In this document: positions 9,170 to 18,917 of the stretch, piece after piece
Layout: each line of letters begins with the position of its first letter
Position numbering within the stretch: position 1 is the stretch's first letter
Position numbers and translations under genes: made by a program
Assembly (NCBI GenBank): GCA_040388985.1
Contig: JAZKAU010000003.1
Location: 24,557-88,556 of the forward strand
DNA length: 64,000 nucleotides
From: Patescibacteria group bacterium
GTDB lineage: Bacteria; Patescibacteriota; Minisyncoccia; Phycocordibacterales; Phycocordibacteraceae
Direction: 5' to 3'
The notes under the pieces: generated by a model
What the model was told of the DNA's origin: nothing
The model's input: the letters and a program-made list of their open reading frames with translations, nothing else
Databases searched by the model: none

Positions 9170-10123
9170 TTAAGCATTAGCGTCTTTCTTCTCGATGAGC
9201 TGTATGAATACCTCCTCGAGACGGCTGCCCATCGAGCGGACATTGCTCACGTGCACGCCCACCGACGAGAGCTTGCGGAAGGCCTCGTTCATCGTGCCTC
9301 CGGGACCGAGCGTAAGTTTAAGCGTATGGTCATCCTCGCGTTCGAGCGGTTCGCCGCGCAGAAGCTGCATGACGGCCTCTGTGAGCTGCTCGACCGTGTC
9401 GAGCAGCACGGTAGTTATGTGAAGCTTGGTGAGGAGCTCCTTCACGCTTCCCTGCTCGATGATATCGCCATGATTGATTATGGCGACGCGGCGGCAGAGC
9501 TGCTCGGCTTCTTCGAGGTAGTGCGTGGTGAGGAGGATGGTCGTTCCCTTCTCGTTCAAATCCTTCAGGAATTCCCACATGCTGCGCCGCAGCTCGACGT
9601 CGACGCCGGCCGTCGGCTCATCGAGCAGCAGCACTTGCGGCTTATGGATGAGCGCACGAGCGATCATCAACCGGCGCTTCATGCCGCCAGAAAGGTTCTG
9701 CGCCTGATCGTTGCGCTTCTCCCAGAGACCGAGTTCCTTTAATAGCACTTCCGCATACGGCATCGCATCAGCCTTCCGTATGCCGTAGTATCCGGCCTGC
9801 GCGATGACGATATCGAGTACCTTCTCGAAGATGCTGAAGTTGAATTCCTGTGGGACGAGCCCGATGAACGTCTTCGCCTTGTCGGGGTCGACATCGGTGG
9901 ATACGCCGTGGACCGATACGGTGCCCGACGACTTGCGGCCGAGTCCTGCGAGAATTGAAATGAGCGAGGTCTTGCCTGCGCCGTTCGGGCCAAGCAGCGC
10001 GAAGAACTCGCCCTGGTCGATGGTAAGCGACACGCCTTTGAGCGCTTCGGTGGGCAGTTCCTTATTCCCCTTACTCTGGGGATAGACCTTCTTGAGATCC
10101 TGTATCTCTATCGCGGGCGTCAT
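9170..10123 (-). CDS. ABC transporter ATP-binding protein
   Basis: Walker A GPNGAGKTS, signature LSGGMKRRL and Walker B LLLDEPTAGVD. The start is placed at the internal Met MTPAIEIQDL (cat at 10121-10123). Confidence 0.9.
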   Translation of the reverse strand: MTPAIEIQDLKKVYPQSKGNKELPTEALKGVSLTIDQGEFFALLGPNGAGKTSLISILAGLGRKSSGTVSVHGVSTDVDPDKAKTFIGLVPQEFNFSIFEKVLDIVIAQAGYYGIRKADAMPYAEVLLKELGLWEKRNDQAQNLSGGMKRRLMIARALIHKPQVLLLDEPTAGVDVELRRSMWEFLKDLNEKGTTILLTTHYLEEAEQLCRRVAIINHGDIIEQGSVKELLTKLHITTVLLDTVEQLTEAVMQLLRGEPLEREDDHTLKLTLGPGGTMNEAFRKLSSVGVHVSNVRSMGSRLEEVFIQLIEKKDANA

Positions 10124-10284
10124 TTTTCCTAGTATACGACATTTCTTTCTTAGGAGCCAAATTGGCGAGTTAGAAAGAAAGAAGCGCTCTTGTAGCGTCG
10201 AGTCGCGATGCATTTGGGAAATGTGCTCTATATTGGGTATAGCAGACCGGTCTTCGCAAAGATTGCGGTATCTTTAAGTGAGTT

Positions 10285-12132
10285 ATGGTGGGCACACTTA
10301 TCGTACTTCTTGCTACTCTCGTCGCGCTTCTCGTAAGCGGCTTGTTCGTCTATGTAGGCATCAAGATGACGATGGGGGCGAAGGTCACGGTGCGTGTGGA
10401 TGTGAATCTGCCTGAAACAGGAACGCGCTCACAAGCGATGCCTCACGAGACGACTGACCACACACTGCGTGACCGGCTTGCGACAGTCATGCGTGGTGAC
10501 GTTACTGACGCGCAGGACGAGCGCATCCGCTACAGCCGCGACACGAGCATATTCGTAAGGAAACCATCAGTCGTCGTCTACCCCAAAGATGGCGATGATG
10601 TCTCATATCTCGTACGCCAGGTGGCGGCACTGAAGAAAGAAGGACAGAACGTGTCGATCACTGCGCGCTCGGCAGGCACGGATATGTCCGGCGGTCCGCT
10701 CACCGACTCAGTGGTCGCCGTATTCACGAAATACATGAATCATGTGCCGGAAGTAGTGGGAGACGCACACGGCGGATATGCGATCACCGAGCCAGGTGTC
10801 TACTATCGCGACTTCGAGAAAGAGACGCTCGCGCACGGTGGCCTCATGCTTGAGTCATATCCGGCGTCGCGCGAGCTCGCCGCCATGGGCGGCTTGTTTA
10901 ACAACAACTCGGGAGGCGAACGTACGCTCGAATACGGCAAGACGGAAAAGTACGTCGAAACAGTCGACGTCGTGCTCTCCGATGGCACCATGACGACATT
11001 TAAGGAACTCTCGCAGATGGAACTCGCGCAGAAGAAGAAGTTGGATATGCTCGAAGGCTCGATATATCGCGAGATGGATGAGCTGCTCACCAAGCACCGC
11101 AAAGAGATAGCGCTCGCCAAACCCAGGGTCTCGAAGAACTCGGCTGGTTACGCGCTCTGGAACGTGAAGGACGAGCGCGCGAAGACCTTCAATCTCGCGA
11201 AGCTCATATGCGGCGCTCAGGGTACGCTCGCGCTCACCACGTCTATGAGGCTGCGTCTCGTAAAGGATCAGGGCGCGCGCAGCATGCTCGTCGCCTTTCT
11301 CTCGGAGAACGACATGCGGCATCTCCCCGGTATCGTGCGCGCCGTGCTTCCGCATAATCCCGAATCGTTCGAATCGTTCGACAAGCACACGCTTTCGCTA
11401 GCCATCAAGTTCCTTCCGGGTCTGCTCTCGCAGATGGGAATCTTCCGCGCCGCGCGGCTCGGCCTTTCCTTCCTTCCGGAACTCTGGACATCGATCACCG
11501 GCGGGCTTCCCTTCTTCATCCTCATGGCAGAGTTCTCTCGCGGCTCGCATGAAGAATCACTCGCAGCTGCTCGCGCGGCCGAGGCATCGCTGCGTCCATT
11601 CACACTTCGCACCCGCATCCTCAAGAACGAGCATGCGAGCGAGAAATATTGGATAGTGCGGCGCGAGAGCTTTGCGCTCCTGCGTAAGCATTCGAAGGGT
11701 CTCTACGCTGCACCCTTCATCGACGACATCATCGTCCCGCCGGACTCATATCCAGAATTCCTGCCACGCCTAAACGCGCTGCTCGACGAATATAAGGATT
11801 ACTTCGTCTATACTATCGCCGGACACATCGGCAACGGCAATTTCCATATCATTCCTCTCATGGATCTGAGTCGGCCTGAAGTCCGGGATGTCATAACCGA
11901 GCTTGCGCCGAGAGTCTATAGCCTTGTCATCCGGTACGGAGGCTCGACCACCGGCGAGCATAATGACGGCATCATCCGTACGCCGTATCTTCCCCAGCTC
12001 TTCGGTCCCGAGATCTATGGCCTTTTCAAGCAGACGAAGAATATCTTTGATCCTGAGAATATCTTTAACCCGGGCAAGAAAGTCGGAGGAACCTTCGAGG
12101 ACATTAAGAAGGACATGATAACCAGCGCGTAG
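10285..12132 (+). CDS. Membrane-anchored FAD-linked oxidoreductase (GlcD/D-lactate dehydrogenase-like)
   Basis: N-terminal TM helix, then an FAD_binding_4 (PCMH) region with VVYPKDGDDVSYLVRQ..ARSAGTDMSGGPL, and a large C-terminal oxidase domain. Confidence 0.7.
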   Translation: MVGTLIVLLATLVALLVSGLFVYVGIKMTMGAKVTVRVDVNLPETGTRSQAMPHETTDHTLRDRLATVMRGDVTDAQDERIRYSRDTSIFVRKPSVVVYPKDGDDVSYLVRQVAALKKEGQNVSITARSAGTDMSGGPLTDSVVAVFTKYMNHVPEVVGDAHGGYAITEPGVYYRDFEKETLAHGGLMLESYPASRELAAMGGLFNNNSGGERTLEYGKTEKYVETVDVVLSDGTMTTFKELSQMELAQKKKLDMLEGSIYREMDELLTKHRKEIALAKPRVSKNSAGYALWNVKDERAKTFNLAKLICGAQGTLALTTSMRLRLVKDQGARSMLVAFLSENDMRHLPGIVRAVLPHNPESFESFDKHTLSLAIKFLPGLLSQMGIFRAARLGLSFLPELWTSITGGLPFFILMAEFSRGSHEESLAAARAAEASLRPFTLRTRILKNEHASEKYWIVRRESFALLRKHSKGLYAAPFIDDIIVPPDSYPEFLPRLNALLDEYKDYFVYTIAGHIGNGNFHIIPLMDLSRPEVRDVITELAPRVYSLVIRYGGSTTGEHNDGIIRTPYLPQLFGPEIYGLFKQTKNIFDPENIFNPGKKVGGTFEDIKKDMITSA

Positions 12133-12507
12133 AGCTTCCTAAAATTCCCCAATCTGCTTTGTTGTCGCTATCACTCGAATCCTCACGTACGCCCCTGGTT
12201 ACTTACGACGGGCTGGAGTTAGTAACCAGGAAGTGCCCTTGGGGTGCATCTGAGTACGACTCGGATTCTCGCTCTGCTCCGCCTCGCATCTCGGGTTTTT
12301 TAGAAACCTCTATTTGCGAGTTTGGGGGCGAAGGACTCAAGTTTCGGTATATAAAGTAATCCACACCCACCCCGTAATTCCTTGTGTTTTCATGAAGGAT
12401 ATAGCATAATAGCTACAACTCGCCGGTCTACCCTAGCTTCGTGCGGCCGCAAGGCTTTTCAAGGTTCGGCATCAGCGAGACGTTATTTACCCTAGTCACC
12501 AGCCCAC

Positions 12508-12873
12508 ATGGCAACAAGCAAGCTCTACGTCGGCGGTATTCCGTATCGCACGACTGAGGATGAGATGCGCGCAGCTTTCGAGGAAGCAGGCGCAGTCGTA
12601 TCCACCAGCATTATCAGCGATCGTATGACCGGCCGCTCGCGCGGATTCGGTTTCGTCGAGATGGAAGATGAAGCAGGCGCACAGGCTGCTATCGACCGTT
12701 GGGACGGCAAGGAGTTCGACGGGCGTATGCTCTCGGTCTCACTCGCACGTCCTCAAGGCGACCGCCCTCCCCGCGACAACAACGCTCCTCGGAGCGGCGG
12801 ATACGGAGGCGGTGATCGCGGTGGTTACAGCGGCGGAAGCCGCGGTGGCTACGGAGGTGGTAACAGCTACTAA
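12508..12873 (+). CDS. RRM-type RNA-binding protein with a Gly/Arg-rich (RGG) tail
   Basis: RNP2 KLYVGGI and RNP1 RGFGFVEM, followed by SGGYGGGDRGGYSGGSRGGYGGG. Confidence 0.8.
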   Translation: MATSKLYVGGIPYRTTEDEMRAAFEEAGAVVSTSIISDRMTGRSRGFGFVEMEDEAGAQAAIDRWDGKEFDGRMLSVSLARPQGDRPPRDNNAPRSGGYGGGDRGGYSGGSRGGYGGGNSY

Positions 12874-12919
12874 TACTCTTCAGTATTAGTGAGCATTTCT
12901 CACTGATCGTCTCACAATG

Positions 12920-12950
12920 AAAACAGCCCCGGCGAAGCCGGGGCTGTTTT
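12920..12950 (+). terminator. Rho-independent terminator after the RRM gene
   Basis: aaaacagccccggcgaagccggggctgtttt then cat. Confidence 0.75.
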
Positions 12951-12973
12951 CATATCTGCGACTAAGTGTAATG

Positions 12974-13009
12974 CTGAAAACCGCTATGATATATCATAGC
13001 GGTTTTCAG
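12974..13009. terminator. Perfect 36-nt palindrome, a bidirectional terminator between convergent genes
   Basis: ctgaaaaccgctatgatatatcatagcggttttcag has an A-run and a T-run on either side of a 14-bp stem. Confidence 0.6.
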
Positions 13010-13018
13010 GACCTGGAA

Positions 13019-13459
13019 TCAACGATGTAGGTTTTGCACTTCCATTTTCTTAGCTTCTGCAGACCATCCAATCCAATTAGCGAGCACCTGGAGTAAGGAC
13101 GCGACACTCGCGACCGAGAGGATGAGGATGACCGGCCAGGAATAGATGCTGGCGAAGTAGAAGAAGACCATCACGAAGCCGAACCAGAGACCCGTGCACC
13201 ACGGACACGCGAGGAGCGCGCCGAGCGTCTGTCCGAGCGAACCTTCTGAAGCTCCCACGAACCAGTCGCGGATGAACTTCGTGATGTGGTCGTACGTGAA
13301 GAGGCGTACGAGGCGGAACGTCGCGAGCGCGATGAGTACCATGTCGCGCACCGGAACATCATAGAAGATACGATGCGTGGCGGAGAGCCAACCGATGCTG
13401 ATGATGATCAGCAGGATAAAGAAGAGCGAGAGGACGACGTTCCAGAAATGTATGCGCAT
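13019..13459 (-). CDS. DUF1360-family membrane protein
   Basis: CPWCTGLWFGF motif and 3-4 TM helices, a pattern typical of DUF1360. Confidence 0.55.
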   Translation of the reverse strand: MRIHFWNVVLSLFFILLIIISIGWLSATHRIFYDVPVRDMVLIALATFRLVRLFTYDHITKFIRDWFVGASEGSLGQTLGALLACPWCTGLWFGFVMVFFYFASIYSWPVILILSVASVASLLQVLANWIGWSAEAKKMEVQNLHR

Positions 13460-13608
13460 GTAGATAAAAATTAGATATGTTCAAAGTGTACGGCATATTC
13501 CTTGTGAATAGAAGACTGCATATTCAAGGAACTGCGCAGGTTCCAAACCCACTATCCCATCAGCAACCTGTGAAATAAGAAGAGTCCTGCGCCAAGAAGG
13601 ATCTCTTC

Positions 13609-14004
13609 TCAACACAGGACTTGCCATGGCCTTTCTAGGAAACGGGCGAGCGGCATGAAGCAGTACCTGCTGAAGCGATAGCCGTTCGCTTCATTTAGTC
13701 CGTCAATGATATCGAATCCTACGTGCCGGAGCAGAATTTCTCGGCGATCAGTGTCGCCGAACACTCCTTGTACATCAGTATGCGCCACGAGTCTCGTGAG
13801 CGCATCCATTCCTTCGATAAAGAGACGGCGCAGCTTCGCTGGGCCTCCGCTTTCGAATGCATCGCCGGAATCAAGCCCGAAGGTAATAAATACCCATGAG
13901 CCAGGTTTCAGTCCCTGGTTCTCCTCGAATTCCTCAATCCCGTAACCAAATAGCTCGTTAATGGCGCCCTGCCGAGGTTCAGGAAGTCGTACTATGCTAT
14001 ACAT
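13609..14004 (-). CDS. Hypothetical protein
   Basis: 131 aa ORF with protein-like composition. No confident motif. Confidence 0.3.
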   Translation of the reverse strand: MYSIVRLPEPRQGAINELFGYGIEEFEENQGLKPGSWVFITFGLDSGDAFESGGPAKLRRLFIEGMDALTRLVAHTDVQGVFGDTDRREILLRHVGFDIIDGLNEANGYRFSRYCFMPLARFLERPWQVLC

Positions 14005-14129
14005 GTCGATATCCTCGATTACTCCTGTAGAACCCTATCACGGAGCCAGAGCAGTTCCAACATCGTCCCATACAGCCAGGAATAGACAGGCTGCCGCATT
14101 TATAGTTAGATAGCGAAAGGAGGTATACC

Positions 14130-14381
14130 ATGTCTGTTATCCAGGATGACGGTGAACAAGTGAGCGTCCCCGCTTCTCTGGCCGGTCGCAGGGTGCGAAC
14201 GACCGAGGAGATTCCGCTCCCCGGGTACTCACCGATTCCGAAAGGAGAGATCGGTAATGTATGGGATTCCCGATTCCAGTATCTTCCCGAAGATAAGGGA
14301 GGGGCGGTTCTGGTGAACTTCGACAATGGTGGACCTGGCTACCAGGCCAATATTCCCCCGTCCAAAGTCGAAGTAATCTGA
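14130..14381 (+). CDS. Hypothetical small protein
   Basis: 83 aa ORF. A GGAGG-like purine run (gaaaggagg) ends 7 nt upstream of the ATG. Confidence 0.35.
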   Translation: MSVIQDDGEQVSVPASLAGRRVRTTEEIPLPGYSPIPKGEIGNVWDSRFQYLPEDKGGAVLVNFDNGGPGYQANIPPSKVEVI

Positions 14382-14648
14382 TTAGCCTATGAAGCCCGCT
14401 CCAGCGTGAATGACTGGGGCGGTTTTGCATAGTAAGGTACAGGTTCCAACGTCATCCAACAGAGCCGGCCAACTCGTGCGAAATCATGGCGAGCGAGTCG
14501 CGCCAGAACTCCAGAATGACCTGAGGATAAGAATCTCATGAAATGTAATAGCTAAATAATGCGTGTGCCTCCTGAATCATTAGTATATAGAGACATCTCT
14601 ATTATCTGGCTCGTTCTAAGCCGAGAGCTACGGTAGACTGCAAGCATC

Positions 14649-15392
14649 ATGGCTACCGACCTGGAATTGCTGATTCGGGATAAATATGATGGTGACGTTG
14701 CGCAGGTTACGGACGAAGACCGGGAGAGGCTCGCCGCAGGCGAGCCTCTGGCCTACGTCATCGGCTGGATTCCCTTCCTGGGAATCCAGGTGCACCTTGA
14801 TAGCAAGCCGCTCATTCCCCGTCCTGAGACAGAGTGGTGGACAGAACTTCTGCTCATGCATCTGCGTGAGCGCTTCGGGAATGAGCCATTTTCTTTTCTC
14901 GATCTGTGCGCCGGGTCCGGCGCTATAGGGCTCGCCGTGCTCCGAGCGTTTCCAGAGGCTGCAGTAACCTTCGCAGAACTCATACCTGAGCACTGCGAAC
15001 TCATCGAAAAGAATATTCGTGAGAACGATCTCTTACGAAAATCTACTATGATATATCATAGTGACGTATTCGAAGGAATACCGATGGATGCGAGATTCGA
15101 CTGCATCGCCACAAATCCGCCCTATATTCCAGAAGGCCGGGCGCTCGATACGAGCGTAACGAGATTTGAGCCGGCTGAGGCGCTCTTTGCTGGCAGCGAC
15201 GGATTATCCATTATCAGGAGAATCGCGGCCGGAGCGCGAGAACGTCTGAGTCCAGGCGGCGAAATATGGATGGAATGCGATATCACTAATATCGAGGCTG
15301 CCAGCGTATTGCTCCTGGGGAGCGCGGCATATCGCACCGATATACGCAGCGACCTCTATGGCCGCCCGCGACTGGTGGTGGCATACTTCTAG
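14649..15392 (+). CDS. prmC: Release-factor glutamine N5-methyltransferase (PrmC/HemK)
   Basis: SAM motif LDLCAGSGAIGL and catalytic motif IATNPPY. Confidence 0.8.
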   Translation: MATDLELLIRDKYDGDVAQVTDEDRERLAAGEPLAYVIGWIPFLGIQVHLDSKPLIPRPETEWWTELLLMHLRERFGNEPFSFLDLCAGSGAIGLAVLRAFPEAAVTFAELIPEHCELIEKNIRENDLLRKSTMIYHSDVFEGIPMDARFDCIATNPPYIPEGRALDTSVTRFEPAEALFAGSDGLSIIRRIAAGARERLSPGGEIWMECDITNIEAASVLLLGSAAYRTDIRSDLYGRPRLVVAYF

Positions 15393-15394
15393 GT

Positions 15395-15673
15395 ATGGGT
15401 ACTTCCTCAGCGACCTCTGCCAGCGGCGCCTTGAATCCGTTCCCCTCTCCGTTTGCGGGCGGCGTGAATCCGCTCGCGCACATCATCTCTCCGGAAAAGA
15501 TCATTCCGATAGTATTCTTCATCATCTTCGCTATCTGGGCTATCTACACCATAGTTGCCGCCTATCACTGGTTCCGCTATGGGCACCGGTCGTGGTTCGC
15601 GGTCCCGGCACTCGCGCTTCATCTCTTCGTTTCCGGCTGCCTCGCGCTCTATATGATGAGCGGTCTTAGGTAA
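15395..15673 (+). CDS. Small membrane protein
   Basis: 92 aa with 2 TM helices. It starts 3 nt after the prmC stop. Confidence 0.4.
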   Translation: MGTSSATSASGALNPFPSPFAGGVNPLAHIISPEKIIPIVFFIIFAIWAIYTIVAAYHWFRYGHRSWFAVPALALHLFVSGCLALYMMSGLR

Positions 15674-15676
15674 TAC

Positions 15677-16243
15677 TTGATTATGGAAGAATTCGACCTA
15701 CAGCCAGGAGAACATGTCATCCGCGCAGTGCGGCAGCACCCCTTCGTGCTCGCATTAAAGCTCGTCCCTTTACTGCTGCTCGCCTATGTACCGAGTCTTA
15801 TCACATTCGCGCTTAGCTATTTTGCAAGCGCGAGTCCTCAGGCAGCGACTGCTATAGCTAATCTCCCGGTCGGAAGCGCTATAGGAACCTTTCTCACCGG
15901 CGTATGGTGGCTCTTCCTTTGGCTTGCTGCCTTCAGCACCTTCACGCGCTACTACCTCACCGTCTGGATCATCACGAACGTGCGCATCGTGGACATCAAG
16001 CAGTACGGCTTCTTCAATCGCGAAGTCTCGAGCTTCCTCTTGCTGCGCGTGCAGGACGTGAGCACGGAGATATACGGCTTTCTCGCCACCCTCGTCGGCT
16101 TCGGCCGGCTTAACGTCGAGACGGCCGGCAGCGTCGAGAAATTCACCATGACCGGCATCGTGCATCCGCAGGTCATCCGTGATGTGATTATGGACCAGGT
16201 AGCGGCGCTGCACCCGGCGGAGACGGACAAATCGGGAGTGTAG
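15677..16243 (+). CDS. Membrane protein with a bacterial PH (bPH_2/YdbT-like) domain
   Basis: Two N-terminal TM helices followed by ...ITNVRIVDIKQYGFFNREVSSFLLLRVQDV, a bPH-like pattern. Confidence 0.5.
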   Translation: MIMEEFDLQPGEHVIRAVRQHPFVLALKLVPLLLLAYVPSLITFALSYFASASPQAATAIANLPVGSAIGTFLTGVWWLFLWLAAFSTFTRYYLTVWIITNVRIVDIKQYGFFNREVSSFLLLRVQDVSTEIYGFLATLVGFGRLNVETAGSVEKFTMTGIVHPQVIRDVIMDQVAALHPAETDKSGV

Positions 16244-16295
16244 TTTGATTCGTTCGTAGTATGTAGTATCCTACCGCGAGGAAGAGGAGGCTTGC

Positions 16296-16463
16296 ATGGA
16301 TTCAGCCAGGCGAAGATCTCGTGGCAAGAAATTACGCTGTTCGGTGGAAAACTGCGAATGGGAAACGAGACTCAAAAAAATAAGCTGGAGTCGAGACCGC
16401 GTCAGACGAACGGCAGAAGACAGGCTGGCCATTCATATGAAATATGCTCACAGTGATGAGTAA
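16296..16463 (+). CDS. Candidate small ORF (55 aa) in the hisS leader region
   Basis: A perfect AGGAGG sits 5 nt upstream of the ATG. The product MDSARRRSRGKKLRCSVENCEW...HMKYAH is basic, with a possible Cys2/His2 arrangement. Confidence 0.25.
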   Translation: MDSARRRSRGKKLRCSVENCEWETRLKKISWSRDRVRRTAEDRLAIHMKYAHSDE

Positions 16464-16549
16464 GCGCGAGCTTGGCAACATCCCTTTGGGGCTCGCTTCG
16501 GCTGAGTCCCATTGATTTTATCTGAAAGATTTTCTGTTAGACTTGCTGT

Positions 16550-17821
16550 ATGTCTGACTCTCTATCAACCGAGCCCTATAAAGGAGTGCGGGATTTCTAT
16601 CCGGCGGACTGGGCGAAGCTGCAGTACGCCTTCGACATGATGCGCGCGCTCCTGCACAGCTACGGCTTCGAGGAATATCAGGCTTCACCGCTTGAACGCG
16701 CCGAACTCTATGAAAGCAAATCATCAGAGGAGATAGTGAACGAGCAGACGTATACCTTCACCGATCGCGGGGACAGGAAAGTGACCCTGCGCCCTGAAAT
16801 GACGCCGACGCTTGCGCGCATGATAGCCCACAAGCGACGCGAGCTGGTCTTCCCGGTGCGATGGTTCTCGATACCGAACGTATTCCGATATGAGCGGCCG
16901 CAGCGCGGCCGCCTGCGAGAGCATTACCAGCTAAACGTCGACATTCTCGGCATGGCGGACCAGAAGGCCGACGGCGAGATCATCGTCTTGGCGTCCAAGA
17001 TCCTGCGCGCCTTCGGCGCGCAGGACTCCGACTTCACTATCCGGGTAAGTTCGCGGACTCTCCTTAATACTGCCGGGCAGGCGCTCTCGCTTTCCGAGGA
17101 AGAGATGGGAGGATATATGGCACTGCTCGACCGTAAGAACAAGATGAGTGGCGAGGAATTCGAGAGCCAGCGAGCGCCGTTCCGCCGGGGTGGCGTCGAT
17201 CCGCTCGAGCTCATAGAAGCGGGTACCGACGCATCGGTCGAGACAGAGCGCCAGAATCTGATGAATCTGCTTGAAGCGTTCAAGGCGCGCGGCATGACCA
17301 ACGTCGTCTTCGACCCTACCATCGTTCGCGGCTTCCTCTATTACACCGGCATCACCTTCGAAGTATTCGATACGGACCCTGAGAATTCCCGATCCCTATT
17401 CGGCGGCGGCAGGTATGACAATCTTGTTTCGTTATTCGGGGGCGATCCGATACCTGCGATGGGCTTCGGCATGGGCGACGTCACTCTGCTTGATTTCCTT
17501 ACGACTCACAACCTCCTTCCGGAGAATCTAACGGGCGCGCCAGACGTATTTGTCGGGACGCCTTCTGAGACTGATATTCCTGCAGCGCATGCCTTTGCCG
17601 ACACGCTTCGCGATCAGGGTCTTAACGTGCTCGTGAACGTCTCAGAAAAGAGCCTGGGAGATCAGGTCAAGGAAGCCGTCAGACGGACAATCCCCTACTT
17701 CATTGCCTACGGAGAGACGGAAGCCGCGACCAGTATGGTAACGCTCAAAATACTCGCGAAGAGTTCGCAGGAGGAGATCCAAGCTACGGATGTAGCCGCG
17801 TGCATAGCGCGGCTTGGGTAG
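16550..17821 (+). CDS. hisS: Histidyl-tRNA synthetase
   Basis: Class II aaRS motifs (FRYERPQRGRLREHYQ, GGGRYD) and a C-terminal anticodon-binding domain. Confidence 0.9.
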   Translation: MSDSLSTEPYKGVRDFYPADWAKLQYAFDMMRALLHSYGFEEYQASPLERAELYESKSSEEIVNEQTYTFTDRGDRKVTLRPEMTPTLARMIAHKRRELVFPVRWFSIPNVFRYERPQRGRLREHYQLNVDILGMADQKADGEIIVLASKILRAFGAQDSDFTIRVSSRTLLNTAGQALSLSEEEMGGYMALLDRKNKMSGEEFESQRAPFRRGGVDPLELIEAGTDASVETERQNLMNLLEAFKARGMTNVVFDPTIVRGFLYYTGITFEVFDTDPENSRSLFGGGRYDNLVSLFGGDPIPAMGFGMGDVTLLDFLTTHNLLPENLTGAPDVFVGTPSETDIPAAHAFADTLRDQGLNVLVNVSEKSLGDQVKEAVRRTIPYFIAYGETEAATSMVTLKILAKSSQEEIQATDVAACIARLG

Positions 17822-18401
17822 TATGAGGGCGGTCACGTTTGATATAGAGACAGCCAACGCCTTTCCGAGTCTCGCTCGGAACGATTTCAGCCGCATGGAG
17901 ATATCCATCGTGGGCATCCATGATTCAGGGACCGGCGAATATTCGTCGTATACCAAAGAAGAATTTCCGAAACTTTGGTCCATCATCGAGAGCGCTGACA
18001 TGCTCATCGGTTTCAATTCCGATACCTTCGATATTCCGATCTTGAACCGCTATTATCCTGGCGATCTTTCGAGCATCCGTTCGCTCGACCTACTGGTTGA
18101 AGTACAGAAAATGTTGGGGCGGCGCGTGCGCCTTCAGTCGCTCGCCGAGGCGACACTTGGACGCGGAAAAGGCGGGAACGGCCTTCAGGCTGTGGAATGG
18201 TGGCAGCAGGGACTCGTGGATAAGGTGCGCGAGTATTGTATCGAAGACGTACGCATCACTCGCGAGCTCTATGACTATGCGCTTAAGCACGGTTCGCTCA
18301 AATACAAGGACCTCTCAAGCAACCGCGAGTTCAAGATAGATACGACCGGCTGGACCGACGTAGGAGAAGCTAAGAGCATCACGCATACGCTTCCCTTCTG
18401 A
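17814..18401 (+). CDS. DEDD-family 3'-5' exonuclease (DnaQ/RNase T-like fold)
   Basis: Exo I motif VTFDIETAN and an Exo III-like motif YCIEDVRITRELYDY. It overlaps the hisS stop by 8 nt. Confidence 0.55.
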   Translation: MGSMRAVTFDIETANAFPSLARNDFSRMEISIVGIHDSGTGEYSSYTKEEFPKLWSIIESADMLIGFNSDTFDIPILNRYYPGDLSSIRSLDLLVEVQKMLGRRVRLQSLAEATLGRGKGGNGLQAVEWWQQGLVDKVREYCIEDVRITRELYDYALKHGSLKYKDLSSNREFKIDTTGWTDVGEAKSITHTLPF

Positions 18402-18430
18402 TCTCTCGTCGCGCGGGGAATGCGAAAACG

Positions 18431-18464
18431 GGCCGCCCGAGCTTGTGCCCGGGCGGCCCGTCAT
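18431..18464. terminator. Bidirectional terminator hairpin with a 12-bp GC stem
   Basis: acgggccgcccg agcttgtgc cgggcggcccgt lies between the convergent genes 17814..18401 (+) and 18477..18803 (-). Confidence 0.6.
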
Positions 18465-18476
18465 TGGGCCCGGCTA

Positions 18477-18803
18477 TTAGCCGTCGTAGTCCTTGAGCGC
18501 CGCCTGATAGGCTGCGCCATCTCCCGGGGTCACGATCTTCACGATCGAGCCCGGATTGTTCCGGGCGTGCGTGAGCACGTTCTTCCAGCGATCCGGTCGC
18601 AACCGCTCGATGAGTCGTGGCTGGTTCTTGTCATATTCGACATAAAACAAGTCACCGGCGCACGGCTTGAGGTCCCTGACGCACGTGGCGATCCATCGTG
18701 CGACCTTCGGACTATCGGCTGCGGGCTTGCTTGCGGTCGCGTGACCCTGTTGGCACGCAGAAAGCGTCAGCAAGCTGGCGCATAATAAGATCTGATTCCT
18801 CAA
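18477..18803 (-). CDS. Small secreted lipoprotein
   Basis: Signal peptide with lipobox LSAC, in MRNQILLCASLLTLSAC. Confidence 0.5.
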   Translation of the reverse strand: MRNQILLCASLLTLSACQQGHATASKPAADSPKVARWIATCVRDLKPCAGDLFYVEYDKNQPRLIERLRPDRWKNVLTHARNNPGSIVKIVTPGDGAAYQAALKDYDG

Positions 18804-18917
18804 TTGGTTTCCCCTCGCTCTTTTTTATTCGGGAGCGCACTCCCGATACTTTTATAATCCATATCCAGAAATTTGTCAAAATCCGTACAACGCGTCGGCA
18901 TGTAGCATACGTATAGT

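Noticed and set aside
8768-9742. 324-aa plus-strand ORF
   Set aside because: It lies entirely antisense to the ABC permease and ATPase genes, which have clear motifs. Long antisense ORFs are expected at this GC content. Its composition is Arg/Asp/His-rich, with no start context.
12133-12507. tmRNA, RNase P RNA or SRP RNA
   Set aside because: I looked for hallmark motifs: a tRNA-like GGGG...UCCACCA end, GGAAAGUCCGG, and the SRP GNAR tetraloop helix. None were found by eye. I kept this only as a generic possible-ncRNA finding.
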